This document shows positions 48,033-51,974 of a stretch of DNA of 51,974 nucleotides, in pieces. Within the stretch, counting starts at the first letter, position 1, and each line of letters begins with the position of its first letter. Origin of the DNA: a bacterium (GTDB taxonomy: Bacteria > Patescibacteriota > Minisyncoccia > Phycocordibacterales > SBAW01); the NCBI GenBank assembly GCA_005239955.1, contig SBAW01000024.1, positions 1 through 51,974 on the forward strand, in the 5' to 3' direction. Both the position numbers and the translations under genes were made by a program. The notes under the pieces were generated by a model that was not told where the DNA came from, did not search any database, and worked only from the letters and a program-made list of their open reading frames with translations.

Positions 48033-49700
48033 TTACATCCGCTCCAAGGCCTTGATACCAAGAAGCTCGAGGCCGTTTCGCATCGTGATACGAAAGGCGT
48101 CGGTGAGCGCAAGTTTATACGGACCAAATTCGGTATCCTCAATAATCCGCTCCTCGGCATAAAAGCGATTAAACGCCGCCGCAAGGAGCGTGAGATATGA
48201 CACGACGTGGTGCGGTTCAAATTCCGCCGCAGCTCGCTCCACCACTTCGGGGAATCGGTACAAAAGTCGCTCCAACTCGCCGGGCTCTTTTGGTTTTGCG
48301 GTTGAGGCGCGCATACTCGCTTCTCTTGCTTTGCGTAGAATTGAAACACTGCGAGTGTGCGCGTACTGAAGGTAGGGCCCTGAGTCGCCTTCAAGTGAGA
48401 GCGATTTTTCGTGATCAAACACAATATCCTTTCCCGTTCCCTGCTTGAGGACCGCGTACTTAATTGCGGCGACACCAATCGCGTCGGCAATGTCATCTGC
48501 TCCGGGAGCGTTGCGCTCTTTCATTTTAAGAAGCGCCACCGCTTTCAGTTCATCAAGAAGATCTTCACTACGCACAATATTTCCAGTTCGCGACGACATT
48601 TTTCCAGAGGTTAAACGCAGCATGCCGTTACTTATCTGCACAATCTTTCCGGCGAGCTTCGCGTCAACCAACTCGAGTGCTTTTTTTACCACTTTGAAAT
48701 ACTCCGCCTGCTCCGTCCCCGTAACCGTAATCGACTGATCAAAAGGAAACGCTTTCTTTTTTAAGTGTGCGAGCCCCAGATCTTTTGCCTCGTAGGTAGG
48801 CAACTCTTCTTTGGTAAGGAAGACGCGCGTATGAAGGCCATAGCGCTCACCGCGAAACACCACCGCATCGTCGCTTTTCTCAAAAACGCCTTTGTTGAGC
48901 CATTCTAAGACAATTGCTTTACCGACAGGACCCGTCTCACTTTCAAAGAAGTAAAAATCAAAAGTGGTTCCCAGGCGCTTATACATCACTTCAAATTGAT
49001 CGAGTGAAAGTTTGCGCCCCTTCGTGTAGAGTTCGTTTACGTTCGAATCGCTCTTGGTATATACCGCACGATTAATCGCGACAATTTCTTCCTTTGCCTG
49101 ACTGCTTTCTTCATACGCGGCGGCTCCTTCTGCATAGCCCCGCCCCAGATCCCCTGCGGTCTCTGCTTTTCCTAATTTTTTGATCCCCCAAATCGCCTTC
49201 GCAACATGGAGCCCCACATCGCCTTGGTAGTTGGCGCGCGCCACTTTCGCACCGGAGTGTTCAATAAGGCGCGACAGCGACTCTCCAAGCGCGTTTGGAA
49301 CAAGGTGGCCGATATGAAATTCTTTAAACGGATTGGGGTCGGTATACTCAACCATTATCCTTTCGCCTTTGCGTGACGTGTTGCTTCCCCACTTTTCATC
49401 CGCGGAAACAATTTCGCGTATACTTTTGTGAAGAAAATCGGGTGAAAGCGTAATGTTAATAAACCCCGGTCCCGCAACTTCTGTTTTTGCGATGAATCCT
49501 TTTTCATCGCGGATAAGTGAGGCGATCCGCTCCGCAAGCGCGCGAGGTTGCTCGCCGGCTTGTTTGCCGACCATGAGCGCAACATTGGTCGCATAATCCC
49601 CAAAGGAGAGTTCCGGATGTTCAAGGTGAATGTCGGGCACCGGAAGAGTGAGGCTCTGGAGTGCCTTGGTAACGATGTTCGTAATGTGTTGCTTGATCAT
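48033..49700 (-). CDS. argS: Arginine--tRNA ligase
   Basis: GDYATN, AGPGFIN, PNPFKEFHIGH, KMSSRTG, GPYLQYAHTR, C-terminal ERM. Confidence 0.97.
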   Translation of the reverse strand: MIKQHITNIVTKALQSLTLPVPDIHLEHPELSFGDYATNVALMVGKQAGEQPRALAERIASLIRDEKGFIAKTEVAGPGFINITLSPDFLHKSIREIVSADEKWGSNTSRKGERIMVEYTDPNPFKEFHIGHLVPNALGESLSRLIEHSGAKVARANYQGDVGLHVAKAIWGIKKLGKAETAGDLGRGYAEGAAAYEESSQAKEEIVAINRAVYTKSDSNVNELYTKGRKLSLDQFEVMYKRLGTTFDFYFFESETGPVGKAIVLEWLNKGVFEKSDDAVVFRGERYGLHTRVFLTKEELPTYEAKDLGLAHLKKKAFPFDQSITVTGTEQAEYFKVVKKALELVDAKLAGKIVQISNGMLRLTSGKMSSRTGNIVRSEDLLDELKAVALLKMKERNAPGADDIADAIGVAAIKYAVLKQGTGKDIVFDHEKSLSLEGDSGPYLQYAHTRSVSILRKAREASMRASTAKPKEPGELERLLYRFPEVVERAAAEFEPHHVVSYLTLLAAAFNRFYAEERIIEDTEFGPYKLALTDAFRITMRNGLELLGIKALERM

Positions 49701-50341
49701 AGAAATTTCCTGACTGCGGTATATATTTTTTCGTGCACTGCTTCACGCGAAAGAACGCGACCGCGCAATTCACAAGAAATAGTGATCCATCCTTCTTTTT
49801 TTGCGAGTTCCTTCCCTGTCTTAAAGCTTGCTCTATTGTATCTCGTACTTCGTTCGACGTGGTCTTTACGTGAGAGAAGCGCCATCGCGAGAACTGGCGA
49901 GAGTGAGAGATAGAGTGTGGCAGTGGGGCGCGGAAGTTTAAAGATGCCGTACTCAATCTTCTGAAGCCATGAGAAAAAACGTGCGCGTTCTTTTGGTGAA
50001 GAAATTTTCCCTCCCTGGTGCATTTTATTGGCACTCACATAGCGATCACAAATAACAATGGTGCCTTTCGCGAGCCACCCTTCAAGTTTCGTTTTCGTTT
50101 CAAATCGATCAGCGGCATAGAGCGCCGCCGAAAGATACGGATCGGTTTTCGTTGGGTCACCGTGTCGTCCATCGAGAAACTCCCGAATAAGGCGCCCAAA
50201 CACGTTCTCCTTATACTGCGGAAAGCTTAAAAAACGAGCGCTGTAGCCTTCCTTTTGGAGACGACGCAACAGAAGGCGCCCTTGGGTCGTCTTTCCCGAA
50301 CCGTCAACGCCATCAAGCACAATGAGTTTTCCGCGCCGCAT
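49697..50341 (-). CDS. tmk: Thymidylate kinase
   Basis: DGVDGSGKTTQ P-loop, LYAADR, ICDRY. Confidence 0.93.
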   Translation of the reverse strand: MRRGKLIVLDGVDGSGKTTQGRLLLRRLQKEGYSARFLSFPQYKENVFGRLIREFLDGRHGDPTKTDPYLSAALYAADRFETKTKLEGWLAKGTIVICDRYVSANKMHQGGKISSPKERARFFSWLQKIEYGIFKLPRPTATLYLSLSPVLAMALLSRKDHVERSTRYNRASFKTGKELAKKEGWITISCELRGRVLSREAVHEKIYTAVRKFL

Positions 50342-50371
50342 AGCGCTTACGCTATCACGCGATTCCCTCCT

Positions 50372-51472
50372 TTAAAACACACTCCATGTGAGAGGCGGGG
50401 TTGAGGTTGCAGAGATAATGGTAAAGCTTTCGCGCCCAATGAGGGCACCGCGCGGAGTCTCCACACTACAACGCCATTCTCCAGCCGAGAGTGCAGTTTT
50501 TATGCTGTAGCCGCGATAACCGGTCTCGCGCCCGCCCACAATTGAAAAGGAAACGAGGGAAAGCGTTTTCCATTCTCCCGATGCTTCTTGGCGCTCCCAC
50601 CGATGATTAATAGAAGTGCTAAGGCCTGTGGGGGCGAAGACAGAGGAAAAACAGTAGGCGTGGGCTCCGGGCGAGGCGGTAAAGGTATTGGAAGTCGTAT
50701 TAAAAAATTCATACCAGCGCGGCGCCTCATAGGCGGCGATGTAGGAACCGTCCGTCTCTCTGGTGAGCCCATGATAAATTCCGATCTCCCGAAGCGCGAG
50801 CGGCACCGGCGGCAAAATATTGACGAAGTAAAGAAAGTTAAAGACGCCATAGACTCCCCCAACCACGAGTCCAAGTGCAAGAAGGTTCTTTGCCATCACG
50901 CGCCGATTGACCGCAAAAAGAACTCCAACAAACGCCGCAATGGTAAGGAGTGCGGTCGCACCGCTAATGAGAAACGCCTGCGTGCTGATGTCATTGAGCG
51001 CAATCGGCACAACGAGCGCAAAGTACGCAAAAAGAAGGAGGAAGTAGGCGCCGATGTGGGCACGAATGAGTGAGTAGCGATCGCGCAAAAATTCATTTCC
51101 GATTAAAAACCCGCCAAGAATGAGGAAGAAGAGAAGACTCCCCTCAAATGTTCCGCTGTGCCCATAGAGGACCAAAAGTGCTGATGCAAGGTTACCAAAA
51201 GAAAATTGAAGAAGGGCGACCAGAGGGAGTGTGTTCCCTTCTTCGCCACGTCGTTGCTTGAGGTTAAGGAGAAGAATCGTCCCGCCCGCAATAATGAGAT
51301 AAGAAATGATGACAAGATTCTCAAAGAGCCGATCAGGACGTCCGAGCGTGAGAAGATCCCACACAAAACCAAAAAGGAGTGCCGCCGCCGGAATGTGCCG
51401 ACGATATTTGAAGAGAAATTCTTTTATGGGCTTAAGTCGCGGATGTTCAAACCACCCCCCAGGTGTATCCAT
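50372..51472 (-). CDS. Multi-TM protein with C-terminal DUF2914-like domain
   Basis: C-terminal YCFSSVFAP...GGR..GYRGYS.K....G.WRC.VET. Confidence 0.7.
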   Translation of the reverse strand: MDTPGGWFEHPRLKPIKEFLFKYRRHIPAAALLFGFVWDLLTLGRPDRLFENLVIISYLIIAGGTILLLNLKQRRGEEGNTLPLVALLQFSFGNLASALLVLYGHSGTFEGSLLFFLILGGFLIGNEFLRDRYSLIRAHIGAYFLLLFAYFALVVPIALNDISTQAFLISGATALLTIAAFVGVLFAVNRRVMAKNLLALGLVVGGVYGVFNFLYFVNILPPVPLALREIGIYHGLTRETDGSYIAAYEAPRWYEFFNTTSNTFTASPGAHAYCFSSVFAPTGLSTSINHRWERQEASGEWKTLSLVSFSIVGGRETGYRGYSIKTALSAGEWRCSVETPRGALIGRESFTIISATSTPPLTWSVF

Positions 51473-51510
51473 ATCGTTTCCACCATATCACACCGCCCCA
51501 AACCACCATC

Positions 51511-51552
51511 TCACAACATTCTAACATTCTATAGAATATTAGAATGTTGTGA
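51511..51552. repeat. 42-bp near-perfect palindrome overlapping the HTH gene's 3' end
   Basis: TCACAACATTCTAACATTCTATAGAATATTAGAATGTTGTGA, one mismatch. Confidence 0.9.
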
Positions 51553-51817
51553 AGAAGCGAAAAAATGCTTTGCCGTAGGGAGACAAGGAATGTCGCACCT
51601 CTCTTCCGTCATATTTTTTATTGAGAAGCCCTGCGTGAACCAGTTTGCTCGTGTGTGCTGAAATATTTTTGATGTCGCATTGGAGATGCGAGGATATGTC
51701 ATCAAGGCTCAAACCCTCTTCCTTCCCCAAAAGCTGCACAATCTCAATACGCCAATGATTTGCGACTCCTTTAAAATGGCGTTCCAATTGCCGCGATGTT
51801 CGAGTTTTCTCTTTCAT
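51539..51817 (-). CDS. ArsR-like winged helix-turn-helix protein
   Basis: FKGVANHWRIEIV.LL, ISAHTSKLVHAGLL.K...GREV. Confidence 0.85.
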   Translation of the reverse strand: MKEKTRTSRQLERHFKGVANHWRIEIVQLLGKEEGLSLDDISSHLQCDIKNISAHTSKLVHAGLLNKKYDGREVRHSLSPYGKAFFRFFTTF

Positions 51818-51849
51818 ACCTCAATAATACCTCAGCACCTCAATACTAA

Positions 51850-51883
51850 AACATTCTGACATTCTATAGAATGTCAGAATGTT
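51850..51883. repeat. 34-bp perfect palindrome upstream of the HTH gene
   Basis: AACATTCTGACATTCTATAGAATGTCAGAATGTT. Confidence 0.9.
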
Positions 51884-51974
51884 GATAATGTGTGGAGATA
51901 ATGTTGGTAGCTTGTGGGTAATATGTGCAACCTTTAAGCGGACTGTGGGTGATACGATTCGTTCATGAAGTTCT

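Noticed and set aside
51885-51974. Possible oriC from TGTGG-containing DnaA-box-like motifs
   Set aside because: All three deviate from TTATCCACA, the region is truncated by the window edge, and no dnaA or unwinding element is visible.

Overview
This window most likely comes from a Patescibacteria/CPR (Parcubacteria-like) chromosome. The inference rests on the reduced 5S helix, intron-laden 23S rRNA, alpha2-type GlyRS, IleRS with an inserted domain, several CPR-style hypothetical proteins and TGA read as stop. Most of it is housekeeping: secD/secF, folD/folP/folK/folB, rodA, glycosyltransferases, an ABC transporter, rplJL, a 1182-aa surface protein, ftsK, recA, an ECF sigma factor, efp, rpsF-ssb-rpsR, tatD, metG, glyQS, recO, ileS, argS and tmk. 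A 23S-5S unit has its own sigma70 promoter and no linked 16S. The 23S carries three group I introns at E. coli-equivalent positions 1931, 2593 and 2656 (the last inside the sarcin-ricin loop), two of them with LAGLIDADG ORFs. The most striking signals are non-coding. (1) A family of small ORF-less structured elements (core GCC-GGA-[stem]-GA-GGCGGGG-[stem]-CGTGRC) sits at the 3' ends of rplL, rpsR and efp and inside a 5S relic. At rplL and rpsR the gene's 3' end is duplicated, and all nine nucleotide differences between copies are synonymous. In each case the upstream copy pairs with an antisense segment inside the element. (2) An intact 5S rRNA gene with its own processing stem is nested inside an older, multiply interrupted 5S gene. 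(3) Several other inverted-repeat elements occur, three of them between a -10 box and a start codon. (4) An HTH gene is bracketed by two related long palindromes. All assignments come from reading the sequence by eye; no database searches or folding programs were run.
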